Shown: one piece after another, positions 18,437 through 26,955 of the stretch
Position numbering within the stretch: the stretch's first letter is position 1
How the letters are laid out: the number at the start of each line of letters is the position of its first letter
Made by a program: the position numbers and the translations under genes
DNA from: a virus
Taxonomy: Duplodnaviria; Caudoviricetes
Virus record (IMG/VR): IMGVR_UViG_3300043473_000169
Coordinates: 624 to 64,623 of that record
Strand: one strand, 5' to 3'
DNA length: 64,000 nt
The notes under the pieces: model-generated
Databases searched by the model: none
Told to the model about the DNA's origin: nothing
Seen by the model: only the letters and a program-made list of their open reading frames with translations

Positions 18437-18784
18437 ATGCCGACCGACGAAATGGGCAATTGGTTTCCGAACCTGCGGACCCCCACACAGCAAGAACCCC
18501 CCACGGCGTCCTTCCCGTGGGTGCCGCTGCCAGCCCACGTCGACCCGGTGCGGGCGCGTTGGGTCCGTGCGGCTTACGAGGAGGTGGCGTGGGCTCGCCA
18601 CAACTGGATGGCCGCGCACCACCGCTTCCGATTCAGCACGCACGCGCAAGTGCAGGTTGAGTGGGACAGGTTGATGGCGGCTGAACGCAACTATAAACGC
18701 GTGCGGGCAACAGCACGCAAGCACGGGGCGGCGTTGCTAGCCGACCTGCGCGACGACGACCCGCCCCCGGGGGTGGGCCGCTGA
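18437..18784 (+). CDS. Hypothetical early protein
   Basis: 115 aa; GGAGG RBS. Confidence 0.55.
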   Translation: MPTDEMGNWFPNLRTPTQQEPPTASFPWVPLPAHVDPVRARWVRAAYEEVAWARHNWMAAHHRFRFSTHAQVQVEWDRLMAAERNYKRVRATARKHGAALLADLRDDDPPPGVGR

Positions 18785-18785
18785 C

Positions 18786-18821
18786 AACGACTGGACCCCG
18801 GACCCCCTCGCGTGCTACGAT
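18786..18821 (+). promoter_or_regulatory. Putative promoter with an AACGACTGGAC upstream box (copy 1)
   Basis: AACGACTGGACC-18 nt-TACGAT, with TG before the -10. Confidence 0.55.
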
Positions 18822-18862
18822 GGGGGGTCGCGGGGCGTGTGCCCCTTACCGGAGGACTGGCG

Positions 18863-19036
18863 ATGACCGTAATCGAGCTGATCAAGGCCCTGCAAGAGCA
18901 GGTGGACAATGGAAACGAGGGCGTGTTGGTGTATTTCGAGGGGCGCGACCGCGTGTTGCGCTCAGTTGACAAGGTGGTCGTTTCGTTCGACGCCGACACC
19001 AAGGACCTCGAAATCTGGTTGAGAGCGAAAGTCTAA
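18863..19036 (+). CDS. Small 'MTVxELIxxL' family protein
   Basis: ATG at 18863 after GGAGG. Confidence 0.65.
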   Translation: MTVIELIKALQEQVDNGNEGVLVYFEGRDRVLRSVDKVVVSFDADTKDLEIWLRAKV

Positions 19037-19061
19037 ACTGACGGCACTGGGAGGTGCAATC

Positions 19062-19337
19062 ATGAAGTCATTTATGTTACCGATTGGGAGTGACCGCCGC
19101 TTGGTCACCGTTGCCAACCCCGGCTTCCGCACGGGGCATCAAGCCGCAGTTGTGCGGCGTTGGGTCGAAACGGGGCAAGTGGCCTTTGCCTGCAACGACC
19201 CGTTCGCGGTCGGTCGTTACGACCGCAAGCCACGCAAGCCCCGCACGTTCGCGTTCATCTTCTACACGCCAGCGGACCAGCTCGTTGTGCGTGTGTTGTC
19301 CCCCACGGGGCGCGTGGTCCGGGAGGTGCGGGCGTGA
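19062..19337 (+). CDS. Hypothetical early protein
   Basis: 91 aa; GGAGGT RBS. Confidence 0.6.
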   Translation: MKSFMLPIGSDRRLVTVANPGFRTGHQAAVVRRWVETGQVAFACNDPFAVGRYDRKPRKPRTFAFIFYTPADQLVVRVLSPTGRVVREVRA

Positions 19338-19537
19338 GTTATCGCGGCACACAACCACAACCCGACAGCCCTTGCGTGTGTTGTGGGCGGTGGGTCAAGA
19401 AGCGCCCGCGACGGGGCCGCTTGCGCTGGCCGCACAAATGTCCCCACGGGACGCCTTGCCCCGGGGGCGACACGCTGTTAGGAATTCACAACAACCACAA
19501 CCCGTGGTGTTCATCTTGCGAGAGGAGAGATAAATGA
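19334..19537 (+). CDS. Cys/His-rich small protein
   Basis: GTG start overlapping the previous stop; CVCC...HKCPHG.PC...CSSC. Confidence 0.55.
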   Translation: MSYRGTQPQPDSPCVCCGRWVKKRPRRGRLRWPHKCPHGTPCPGGDTLLGIHNNHNPWCSSCERRDK

Positions 19538-19661
19538 AATGCACTTGGAAGGAGACCGTGTGTTTGACGGTGTTGGCGTGGGGCATGGTGCTCGCAATGC
19601 ACGTCCCGTTGCAGGCCTTGCGGGACGGTGTTCACTGGCTGTTGGGCCTTGTGGGGGTCGC

Positions 19662-19922
19662 ATGAAAGAACGAATGCGCGGCGCATTTCAGGCGCAGTTG
19701 GGGGCATGCCGCCTCGACGGGGAGTACGAAGTGGTAACAACGCCTCCGGAAGCCAAGGCTGCTTGCGAGGCACTGGGGGTGAAATACGTCGGGGACGAAT
19801 GCGCGGAAGAGGGCTTGTGGTTGGTGGCGCTCAACCAGCGTGATTTCAAGCGGGCGCAGACCAACGAGCGCGGGATCGAACGCAAGCGCAAGGGCTTCAT
19901 GATTGTGATTGAGTACCCGTAA
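19662..19922 (+). CDS. Hypothetical early protein
   Basis: 3' part of ORF 19539-19922; start uncertain. Confidence 0.5.
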   Translation: MKERMRGAFQAQLGACRLDGEYEVVTTPPEAKAACEALGVKYVGDECAEEGLWLVALNQRDFKRAQTNERGIERKRKGFMIVIEYP

Positions 19923-19931
19923 GGAGGGCAC

Positions 19932-20099
19932 ATGAGAGTAAGTGATTTGGTCAAAGAACTGCAGAAGCTGCCACAAGACAAGGAAGTCGTCATGGGCGGT
20001 GTGGAAGACGACACGCACCCGATTGTTCAGAGCGTGCTTCTGGACTGGAGCGACGTGCGACAGAAGAGTGTGGTTTTGATTCTGCCTCATAAGTTTTAA
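19932..20099 (+). CDS. Small 'MxVxDLVxxL' family protein (not in the ORF track)
   Basis: My translation: MRVSDLVKELQKLPQDKEVVMGG...ILPHKF, 55 aa; AAGGAGG RBS. Confidence 0.7.
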   Translation: MRVSDLVKELQKLPQDKEVVMGGVEDDTHPIVQSVLLDWSDVRQKSVVLILPHKF

Positions 20100-20157
20100 A
20101 CGACAATGCATCGGGAGGTGCACAATGGACACGATTAGTCATGGTAAAGGTGGGACG

Positions 20158-20379
20158 ATGTTTGAGGGACGCCAAGCGGTGGAAGTGTACCGCCTCAACG
20201 TCCTGATCAAGGCGCTCGAACTCCACAAACTAGGAATTCAGGCCTTCCGGGGCTGCTCGGCCTTGCAGGCGGCACGGGTCACAACGGGCCTGCGGTCCCG
20301 CAAGGCGGACGACCACATTGCGCGTTTGCGCGTGATGCTCAACAACGCGCTGGCCCAAACCGTACAGGTGCAAGAATGA
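20158..20379 (+). CDS. Hypothetical early protein
   Basis: 3' part of ORF 20125-20379; ATGA overlap with the next gene. Confidence 0.6.
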   Translation: MFEGRQAVEVYRLNVLIKALELHKLGIQAFRGCSALQAARVTTGLRSRKADDHIARLRVMLNNALAQTVQVQE

Positions 20380-20564
20380 CCGTTCGCGAGCTTCAAGCCG
20401 CGCTTGATGCGCTGGCTGATCAAGGGCACGGGCAGATGGAAATTGAACTGTTTGGTACGGGGCGCCTGACCAAGCTGTTCACAATCAGCAAGACCAAGCG
20501 TGTCATCCTTTGTGACCGCGATACGGAAGATTCAGTTGGCCCCAACGGCGAGGTAATCCTATGA
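20376..20564 (+). CDS. Small 'MTVxELxxxL' family protein
   Basis: 62 aa, coupled on both sides. Confidence 0.6.
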   Translation: MTVRELQAALDALADQGHGQMEIELFGTGRLTKLFTISKTKRVILCDRDTEDSVGPNGEVIL

Positions 20565-20839
20565 AAACGAAAGAGAAAATCCAGCAAGAGTTCGTGCCGA
20601 CCGAGGCGCTGTCGCACGCAATCCGTCATTGCTCGTACCTCCACGAACGCTGGAAGGACGAGGAGGATTACGAGGACTTCAACGAGTACCGCAAGTCAAT
20701 GCGGGCCAACTTGCCCCCGGGCTCGAGCTTGATGCGCATGACGCAACGACCGTTCAGGGTGCTGTTTACGTGCGACGGGTTCAAGTTCGTCATGCTGGCG
20801 ATGGGCAACAAGGTCACAATCACGAGGACCGAAAAATGA
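20561..20839 (+). CDS. Hypothetical early protein
   Basis: 92 aa with 'WKDEEDYEDFNEY'. Confidence 0.65.
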   Translation: MKTKEKIQQEFVPTEALSHAIRHCSYLHERWKDEEDYEDFNEYRKSMRANLPPGSSLMRMTQRPFRVLFTCDGFKFVMLAMGNKVTITRTEK

Positions 20840-21201
20840 AAACATCAGGTCTCAAGGCTGCGAATGCGGACCGCATCAAGCCCACGCTGCCGCGCATTAC
20901 CACGTGGCGGCAGGCGCTCGCGTGGATGCGCAAGCATCCCGATTACAAGTACGACAATCCAGCCTTGGTGCGGCAGGCCCTGTTGAAATTCTACGTGTTC
21001 TGGATCACGGACGGATTGCAGGACAGCAAGGCGTGGGAGTTGAGGGAGGATTACGCCGACTTGCTACTCAACGGCTGCAAGCCCGCGAGTCCGAAGGATT
21101 TCGACCGTGACTGCAAGGAGCGGGTGGGCGACGACAAGGAAGAGACAAACCCCGATTATTGGTTTGACCTGCGGGGCGAATTGGAAGACTACTTTAGATA
21201 G
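20836..21201 (+). CDS. Hypothetical early protein
   Basis: Start MKTSGL at 20836; ATGA overlap. Confidence 0.65.
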   Translation: MKTSGLKAANADRIKPTLPRITTWRQALAWMRKHPDYKYDNPALVRQALLKFYVFWITDGLQDSKAWELREDYADLLLNGCKPASPKDFDRDCKERVGDDKEETNPDYWFDLRGELEDYFR

Positions 21202-21204
21202 GGG

Positions 21205-21471
21205 ATGAACATGAAGAAAGAATTACGCGCAGGCATGGGCACCAACGAATTGATGACGCCCGCACGGCTCGTCAAGCTCGACGCGATCGTCGAACAGGCA
21301 ATCGACGAGTTTGGACTGAAACGAGTGGTGGACGCCGTTGCACGGATCTGCTACGAGAAAGCACAGCACGTGCTCGAAAACTGGCAAGACCGACCGCTTG
21401 CGGGTTGGTGGTCGCGACGCGGGGTCGTGCTTGACCGGGCAGCCACCAAAATCGGAATGGAGAACACATGA
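21205..21471 (+). CDS. Hypothetical early protein
   Basis: 88 aa with 'VVDAVARICYEKAQHV.ENWQD'. Confidence 0.65.
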   Translation: MNMKKELRAGMGTNELMTPARLVKLDAIVEQAIDEFGLKRVVDAVARICYEKAQHVLENWQDRPLAGWWSRRGVVLDRAATKIGMENT

Positions 21472-21623
21472 ACGCAGGCGCAATAGCAGAAAGACTGGGT
21501 TGGCTGTGGGGCGTGGCCATGCGTGAAACGTGGGACCGCTTCCGCATCTGGGCTGTTTACCGTGTGGGCCGCAGTTTCAAGACCGGCGTCCGCAATGGCC
21601 GTTACCCGGAGGGGACCGACTAA
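21468..21623 (+). CDS. Small hypothetical protein (not in the ORF track)
   Basis: My translation: MNAGAIAERLGWLWGVAMRETWDRF...EGTD, 51 aa; GGAG RBS and ATGA overlap. Confidence 0.5.
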   Translation: MNAGAIAERLGWLWGVAMRETWDRFRIWAVYRVGRSFKTGVRNGRYPEGTD

Positions 21624-21697
21624 CCATGGTGCGGTGCAGCATATTTTCTCCCCGGGGGCCGCCCTGTGGGCCGATCGAGGCCCCGACTGATGCCCCT

Positions 21698-21764
21698 CCG
21701 ACCGCACGAGAGGCCCACCGTCGGGCACGATCGTGTGGGGGTCGGTATGGGGGTACGGACCCCC
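21698..21764 (+). repeat. Intergenic element, copy 1 (19-bp box plus G/C hairpin)
   Basis: CCGACCGCACGAGAGGCCC...GGGGGTCGGTA-TGGGGG-TACGGACCCCC; copy 2 at 23499-23565. Confidence 0.8.
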
Positions 21765-21809
21765 TGCAGCCGGTGACCGAGCGCCCCGGGTTCGAGCAAC
21801 CTCGAGGGC

Positions 21810-21844
21810 AACGACTGGACGCGAGCCGCGAGCTGTGCTTGAAT
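21810..21844 (+). promoter_or_regulatory. Putative promoter with an AACGACTGGAC box (copy 2)
   Basis: AACGACTGGACG-17 nt-TTGAAT with extended -10 TG. Confidence 0.55.
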
Positions 21845-21912
21845 CGTCGAGCCGCGCCCTGCCTCGCTCGGAGGAATCGCGCGGTGGTTTGGACGGCACA
21901 CAGGAGAATGAA

Positions 21913-22266
21913 ATGGCTGATGACAACGAGACCCCGCTGCTGGGGAAGATCACTGATGAAGAGCTTGAGAGTGAAGAGTGGAATACGGAGCGGGACAGGT
22001 TGGAGGTTGCTGCACGGGAGGCCACGCTGGCCTTGCTGGTACACACCAAATGCCGCGCCTGTGCCTTACCGTTCATCTACAACGGGATGGCAATGATCGT
22101 GGCGGTGGGCTTACCTGTGGACGTTCTGTCCACGACGATTGAGTCGATGAAGATGTTCGTGAAGAAGCATGAGAACGACATGATTGGCGCGTTGTCAGTC
22201 CTCACGGGAGACATCATTGCACGTGATGACGATAACGATGAGGAGGAAGTTGAAACAGCCCATTAA
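21913..22266 (+). CDS. Acidic hypothetical protein
   Basis: Start MADDNE at 21913 after AGGAG. Confidence 0.65.
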   Translation: MADDNETPLLGKITDEELESEEWNTERDRLEVAAREATLALLVHTKCRACALPFIYNGMAMIVAVGLPVDVLSTTIESMKMFVKKHENDMIGALSVLTGDIIARDDDNDEEEVETAH

Positions 22267-22476
22267 GGCACCAACGACTGGACACGGGACCCCCGGCTGT
22301 GGTCCACTGTCCTCCCGGCCCTCGCCCTGCCCCCACGGGGCGGGTGGCCTGCCGTCGACATGTGGGGGTGTGCAGGCACACCACGAACACCTGCGTATTA
22401 CGGGTAGTCCAAAAGTCCCCCCGGGGTCGTGCCCGGGGGGCATTGACTGAGTGTTAAACATAACGGAGATACGACA

Positions 22477-22671
22477 ATGCAGAACATCGACATGAAGATT
22501 GAGAAGAACAAGCTGATCCTGACCGTGGACCTGACCAAGCGTCTGAAAGACTCGACGTCAGGCAAGACGGTGATCGTGGCGTCCACCGAGGGCAATGCCA
22601 AGATTGAGGGGCACGCGGGCCTGCAGTTCGGTCTGAACGTGTTCGCCAAGAAGAACGGCGACGGGAAATAA
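22477..22671 (+). CDS. Small conserved protein ('SxSGKTxIVASTxGN...GLNVF')
   Basis: 64 aa beta-rich motif recurrent in prokaryotic and phage hypotheticals; GGAG RBS. Confidence 0.75.
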   Translation: MQNIDMKIEKNKLILTVDLTKRLKDSTSGKTVIVASTEGNAKIEGHAGLQFGLNVFAKKNGDGK

Positions 22672-22726
22672 CCTTTGAGGGGGCGAGCGGGGTTTACCCG
22701 CTCCGCTCGTGCCCCGGGAGGCTGCG

Positions 22727-23131
22727 ATGTTTGAGTTCACCGCCGAGGGCGTACAACATGCGACCCTTGGCATCGTCATATTTGTGAGTTGTGTATACGC
22801 CACGGGGCTTATTGCCCTTGAAATCAAATACGGGAGAAAGGACATGCGCGACGGACGGGAGGGTTCATTGGGCGAGGCCATGGAAAAGGCCGAGGTTGAG
22901 GTTACGGAGAGCATGGCCAAAACGTGCCGCCAACCCGGGGATTACGCCCTGTGGGGGCTGGTTGGGCGTGAGGCGGTGGGGGCCACGAAAGGCATGACAC
23001 TTGACCAACGCAGCGTGTTCGTGGCGCTGGTGGCCGAGGGGATCGAAAACGCCCGTCAACGGGCACGCGAGGGCGGGGGGCGCCTGCAGCACGCGTTGGA
23101 GTTCAAGCCGGGGAGGCAGTATGAAAACTGA
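22727..23131 (+). CDS. Hypothetical protein with an N-terminal TM helix
   Basis: GGAGG RBS; hydrophobic 'LGIVIFVSCVYATGLIAL'. Confidence 0.55.
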   Translation: MFEFTAEGVQHATLGIVIFVSCVYATGLIALEIKYGRKDMRDGREGSLGEAMEKAEVEVTESMAKTCRQPGDYALWGLVGREAVGATKGMTLDQRSVFVALVAEGIENARQRAREGGGRLQHALEFKPGRQYEN

Positions 23132-23363
23132 GGATCAAGCACAAAGTTCGCGTGAGACGCGTATCTTTTCCATTTTTGGCCAGATAGAACTGGTGGTGGC
23201 ACAACAAATGGCTAAGGAAGGGAAAGGGAAAATAATTCCCCAGATCGAAATCCCCATGTCGGCCCGTTACAATGAGGAGGGGCAGCTGGCGTATTGCGCC
23301 TACTTGTGCCCGGGGCCACACATGGACGAGTTCGAAAACCGTATCTTTGACTTGAGGGCGTAA
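23121..23363 (+). CDS. Hypothetical protein
   Basis: ATG at 23121 after GGAGG. Confidence 0.6.
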   Translation: MKTEDQAQSSRETRIFSIFGQIELVVAQQMAKEGKGKIIPQIEIPMSARYNEEGQLAYCAYLCPGPHMDEFENRIFDLRA

Positions 23364-23498
23364 TGTGACGAACAATGATAATGAAATGACGAGGGAGTGG
23401 GTCGTATTTATACTCACGGCGGTGTTGTGCTCGGCGGGGGTCGTGCTGGCCGCTGTCCTGCTCGCGGCGCTGGTGGGGTGGACCGCGTGACCCCCTGC

Positions 23499-23565
23499 CC
23501 GACCGCACGAGAGGCCCGCCACGGGGCGCTGCACAGGGGGGTCCGTATGGGGGTACCGACCCCCC
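23499..23565 (+). repeat. Intergenic element, copy 2
   Basis: CCGACCGCACGAGAGGCCC...GGGGGTCCGTA-TGGGGG-TACCGACCCCC. Confidence 0.8.
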
Positions 23566-23631
23566 TACACGCCCGACCGGGGGCCTCGTCTGAGGCCTGC
23601 CCGGACACCACCACACACCGAGGATAAAGAA

Positions 23632-23895
23632 ATGAAGCCATGTAAGATCGTGGGCTGCGACCACGAAGTGAAGAACGAGTCCCGCACCGGCATCTGTCAG
23701 CAATGCCGGTCATCCCTGTATTACTGGTCCAAGAAGCGTCCGGCACAGGTGTTGATCCGCCGCGGCAAGCTGCACAAGTACACCAACCGTCTCAAGGAGT
23801 TCTTCGATGAAAAAGGTCATCAGCAAAAAGCCAAACCTGCCAAGCCAAGAAAGCCAAGAGCAGAAGGTCGGCCCGCTAACACAACTCTTAATTAA
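23632..23895 (+). CDS. Basic zinc-finger protein
   Basis: CKIVGC...GICQQC. Confidence 0.65.
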   Translation: MKPCKIVGCDHEVKNESRTGICQQCRSSLYYWSKKRPAQVLIRRGKLHKYTNRLKEFFDEKGHQQKAKPAKPRKPRAEGRPANTTLN

Positions 23896-24244
23896 GTCAC
23901 GGGCACGGATCGTGGACAAAAATCATTGGGCCCGGGGTGCTTATGCACGGAACGCCAAGGGAGGGGCGGTTTCCGTGCTGGACCCGGACGCTGTTTGCTG
24001 GTGTGCGGTGGGCACCCTCGAACGGGAATGTGGCCGCCACACCCCAAGCTGGATTGATGGCCCCAAAGGCGTAGCAAAGGACATGCTCCTGTTGCAAAAG
24101 AAGGGGAATCCACTATACATGAGCGCCCACGCCCTGCTTGAGAGGGCGGCGGGCACCAGCATTACGGCAGTCAACGACGGGGAGGGGCACGCGCGAGTGA
24201 TCAAGATGTACAATCAAGCCATTGCGATGGCAAAGGGGAAGTGA
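23807..24244 (+). CDS. Conserved phage protein ('W.RGAYAR......V......AV.WC..G')
   Basis: Recurrent phage hypothetical motif; AAGGAG upstream of ATG at 23807. Confidence 0.65.
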   Translation: MKKVISKKPNLPSQESQEQKVGPLTQLLIKSRARIVDKNHWARGAYARNAKGGAVSVLDPDAVCWCAVGTLERECGRHTPSWIDGPKGVAKDMLLLQKKGNPLYMSAHALLERAAGTSITAVNDGEGHARVIKMYNQAIAMAKGK

Positions 24245-24245
24245 G

Positions 24246-24749
24246 ATGAAGAAATTTATACGGGACGCATGGTTGGCAGCCTTGCGGTCGGGGGATTACG
24301 CACAGACCAGCGGGGCCTTGCAATGTGAGGAAGCGTATTGCTGTCTGGGGGTGTTGTGCATGGTGGCGGCTGACCTTGGTTATTACGAGCCCACCTATGA
24401 ACCACATGTCAAACGCTCGGAGTTGGCCGGGGGCCTGCTGCGGGACCAGCTTGCCATACGCGAACTGATGCGTAGGCAGGACACGCTGCTTGGGCGCGAC
24501 GGGGGTGACGAACCGTGGATCGAGGTGAAGCTGGCCGAGATGAACGATGCTGGCTTCACATTCACAAGAATCGCAGAGTACATTGAAGAAACCATACCTG
24601 AGGAGAACAACGATGAAGCGCAAGTGGTCGAAGGAGCAGCGGGCGAAGTTCTTGGCCACGATGAAGGCGCGGGGGCACCACAAGAAGCGTCACTACAGCA
24701 AGAAGGTGCTGCCGGAGTTAGTGGATCAGAATCCACAGAACCTGCGTGA
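24246..24749 (+). CDS. Conserved phage protein ('W..ALRSG.Y.Q..G.L....CCLGVLC')
   Basis: Recurrent phage hypothetical motif; start at 24246. Confidence 0.7.
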   Translation: MKKFIRDAWLAALRSGDYAQTSGALQCEEAYCCLGVLCMVAADLGYYEPTYEPHVKRSELAGGLLRDQLAIRELMRRQDTLLGRDGGDEPWIEVKLAEMNDAGFTFTRIAEYIEETIPEENNDEAQVVEGAAGEVLGHDEGAGAPQEASLQQEGAAGVSGSESTEPA

Positions 24750-24876
24750 CGCGATCGTGTTCTTGAAGCACGCCCGCACTAACGTGGTGGCACATTTAGC
24801 CGATGGGTCGTTGAAGACGCCTGACACGGCCCACTTGTATGCCTTCTTGGCGCTGGCCCTGTTGACGGGGGAGTGA
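24613..24876 (+). CDS. Basic hypothetical protein
   Basis: ATG at 24613 after AGGAG; MKRKWSKEQRAKF start. Confidence 0.6.
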   Translation: MKRKWSKEQRAKFLATMKARGHHKKRHYSKKVLPELVDQNPQNLRDAIVFLKHARTNVVAHLADGSLKTPDTAHLYAFLALALLTGE

Positions 24877-25115
24877 TGGACAAAATTCAAGTGTTCGTCT
24901 TCATTTACCCGGCTGACGCAGTTGAGACCTGCGCAAAGATCAAGGAGTGGTGCCCGGAGATTATTCCGGGCATTTTTAGCATCGAGCAAAAGGACTTCAA
25001 GTGTACCGTTTGGTATCGGGACACGCACGACCGCTGGGCGTTAATGATCGAGCGGCACATGGCCGAGCAGAAAAAGGAGTATGACAAACGGGGAGAAAGT
25101 CACAGTGAACGCTAA
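24876..25115 (+). CDS. Hypothetical protein
   Basis: Coupled to the previous stop; GGAG RBS. Confidence 0.55.
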   Translation: MDKIQVFVFIYPADAVETCAKIKEWCPEIIPGIFSIEQKDFKCTVWYRDTHDRWALMIERHMAEQKKEYDKRGESHSER

Positions 25116-25326
25116 GGACCAGATTCTGGAGTTTTTTAGACTTCGCTACCCCGGGTGGTTTTATGCCGTGGACGTGGCTAATCTCACCGGGGTGTCGCAA
25201 GGCCGGACCTATCAGCACATCAAGGCGCTGTTCAACGAGGGGAAGCTACGGGTCAAGGCGGGCAAGCTGTCGGCGACCCGCCAGCCCATGACTTTGTATC
25301 AGGCCAAATTGCCGGAGGACGTATGA
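25081..25326 (+). CDS. Winged-helix DNA-binding protein
   Basis: 'ILEFF......F.A.DVANLTGVSQGRTYQHIKALFNEGKL' fits a wHTH. Confidence 0.7.
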   Translation: MTNGEKVTVNAKDQILEFFRLRYPGWFYAVDVANLTGVSQGRTYQHIKALFNEGKLRVKAGKLSATRQPMTLYQAKLPEDV

Positions 25327-25580
25327 ACAAGATTGCTGTGATTATCAACCTGTGCGATGTTGATTATCTCATCGCGCTGGTGGGCCTCGACCTCACCGAA
25401 ATGCAGATGAGCAGGGAGGAAGCCGATGCGGCTAACCGGGTGGGGGACGCCATTCATCTGGCCATGGCCGAGCAGCAGGCATTTGATCTGCTCAAGCGGT
25501 TGGAAAGCTGGCGGGACCAGATGAAGGCGCGGATCGAGGCGGAGAAAGTTGGGAAACTTGACGACGCCGAAATCTCTTGA
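25323..25580 (+). CDS. Hypothetical protein
   Basis: 85 aa; ATGA overlap. Confidence 0.55.
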   Translation: MNKIAVIINLCDVDYLIALVGLDLTEMQMSREEADAANRVGDAIHLAMAEQQAFDLLKRLESWRDQMKARIEAEKVGKLDDAEIS

Positions 25581-25606
25581 CAGGGGGACCCCCCGCGTGC
25601 TTGAAT
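25577..25606 (+). promoter_or_regulatory. Putative sigma70 promoter
   Basis: TTGACA-18 nt-TTGAAT with extended -10 TG; spacer GGACCCCCCGCGTGC resembles the 18792 promoter spacer. Confidence 0.6.
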
Positions 25607-25626
25607 GATCGATCGGGAGGCGAGCG

Positions 25627-26181
25627 ATGACGAAATCAGCAACGTCGCAAGGTGTGAGGGTTATTACAACCCCACGGGCGCTGATGTTTTACCACATGGG
25701 AGGGGAATACGCACATTGGGAGGTGGGCTTGGGGTGGTTCGAACTGCATCAATACCCACCCAAACGGGGTAAAAAGCCGGAGCCACCACAGATACGGCAC
25801 TTGCACTTCATTCACTCCGACATTCTGTGTGGGGCAATCTACCACCGGTACCCGGGAAGTGAGAAAAAGCACGTGAAGGCCATGCCCGAGACGGTGATCA
25901 CAACATCGGAAGAGTTCGAGGATTACCTGAGACGGAAAGTGTGGTGCATGAAGACGGCCAGTGCCGAGGTGTTCAAACTACTAGGACTCAAGAAGCCAGC
26001 ACAGGCACCCACAGCGGCATCGGCGGAGGTGGGTGAACACCTCAACGAATTGTACGCCCGCGTGGCGGTGTTGATGGAAATAGATGAACAAGACGTACGA
26101 AAAAGGTACGCGCATTTGAACCCCGGTCTACAAGCAATGAATCTACGAAATCGCCTTAGAGCGAAGGGACAAGCCATATGA
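25627..26181 (+). CDS. Protein with a C-terminal 'HLN' domain, paralogue 2
   Basis: C-terminal RYAHLNPGLQAMNLRNRLR; GGAGG RBS. Confidence 0.75.
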   Translation: MTKSATSQGVRVITTPRALMFYHMGGEYAHWEVGLGWFELHQYPPKRGKKPEPPQIRHLHFIHSDILCGAIYHRYPGSEKKHVKAMPETVITTSEEFEDYLRRKVWCMKTASAEVFKLLGLKKPAQAPTAASAEVGEHLNELYARVAVLMEIDEQDVRKRYAHLNPGLQAMNLRNRLRAKGQAI

Positions 26182-26492
26182 GCGTATCAATAGCAGTATT
26201 GGGAGCAGCGGGGTGCATATTGGTGGCCGCTGCCGCTTATGCGTTTTCACGCCCATGGCGAGACACGCCCCTTGACAAGGGCGTTCTGCGTACGTCGTGG
26301 ATCCCGATTGACGAGGTGCTGGCCGTGATCCGTGACCGCAATTGGGTATGGTTTCGCAATAATCGCTGCAAGTACATCAGCGTGCGGATTGATACCCGTT
26401 CACGCTTCCACATGTGCGTGATTTTTGACCGGTACGGGGCGCCTATCACGCTTGATGATCTCAAATTGCAGCATAATGGGAAGCAGCCGTGA
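26178..26492 (+). CDS. Hypothetical protein with an N-terminal TM helix
   Basis: 104 aa; ATGA overlap. Confidence 0.6.
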   Translation: MSVSIAVLGAAGCILVAAAAYAFSRPWRDTPLDKGVLRTSWIPIDEVLAVIRDRNWVWFRNNRCKYISVRIDTRSRFHMCVIFDRYGAPITLDDLKLQHNGKQP

Positions 26493-26728
26493 CTGAAAAG
26501 GTCGTATTCTTGGCGTACATCAACCGGGAGCGGTTGGAAAAGGACGCCCGTGACCTGCTGGCCTGCAAACTGTGTCGCAACAAGACTTTCCTGATGGTGT
26601 TTCAAGGAGAACAATCATTCCCCCTGCTCCAGTGCACGGCCTGTGGCAACCACGCCGGGTTCTGGGGTTTTGCGGGTGAGGACCAGCCCGATCTTGACCC
26701 CCCAACAGAAAGCGCCCCGCCAGAATGA
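26489..26728 (+). CDS. Zinc-ribbon protein
   Basis: CKLC...CTACG. Confidence 0.65.
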   Translation: MTEKVVFLAYINRERLEKDARDLLACKLCRNKTFLMVFQGEQSFPLLQCTACGNHAGFWGFAGEDQPDLDPPTESAPPE

Positions 26729-26790
26729 AGCTAAAACTTACTAACGGTCTGAGTCTTGGTGTGGGGTCTGCATGCCCCTGCATTCAAGAG

Positions 26791-26870
26791 GGCCGGGAAT
26801 GGCTGCTGGCATACATGGGGCGCTTTCTATTGGATGGGTCAAGTGGGTTCGAGTCCCACTCCTGCCGCCC
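26791..26870 (+). pseudogene. Degenerate tRNA-like element
   Basis: Perfect T-arm GTGGG-TTCGAGT-CCCAC at 26843-26859 and acceptor stem 6/7 paired, but no foldable anticodon arm. Confidence 0.3.
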
Positions 26871-26955
26871 GGTGCAGGGAGACGCTGCTGGTAGCAGCAT
26901 ATGGGGTTTGACAGTCCCCAATCCGGGCACTTTTCAACACATCTGGGAGAGGCTA

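Noticed and set aside
26725-26955. 5' extension of the ThyX-like ORF (266-aa version)
   Set aside because: The extension overlaps the tRNA-like element and has no homology signal; ATG at 26956 has a GGAG RBS.
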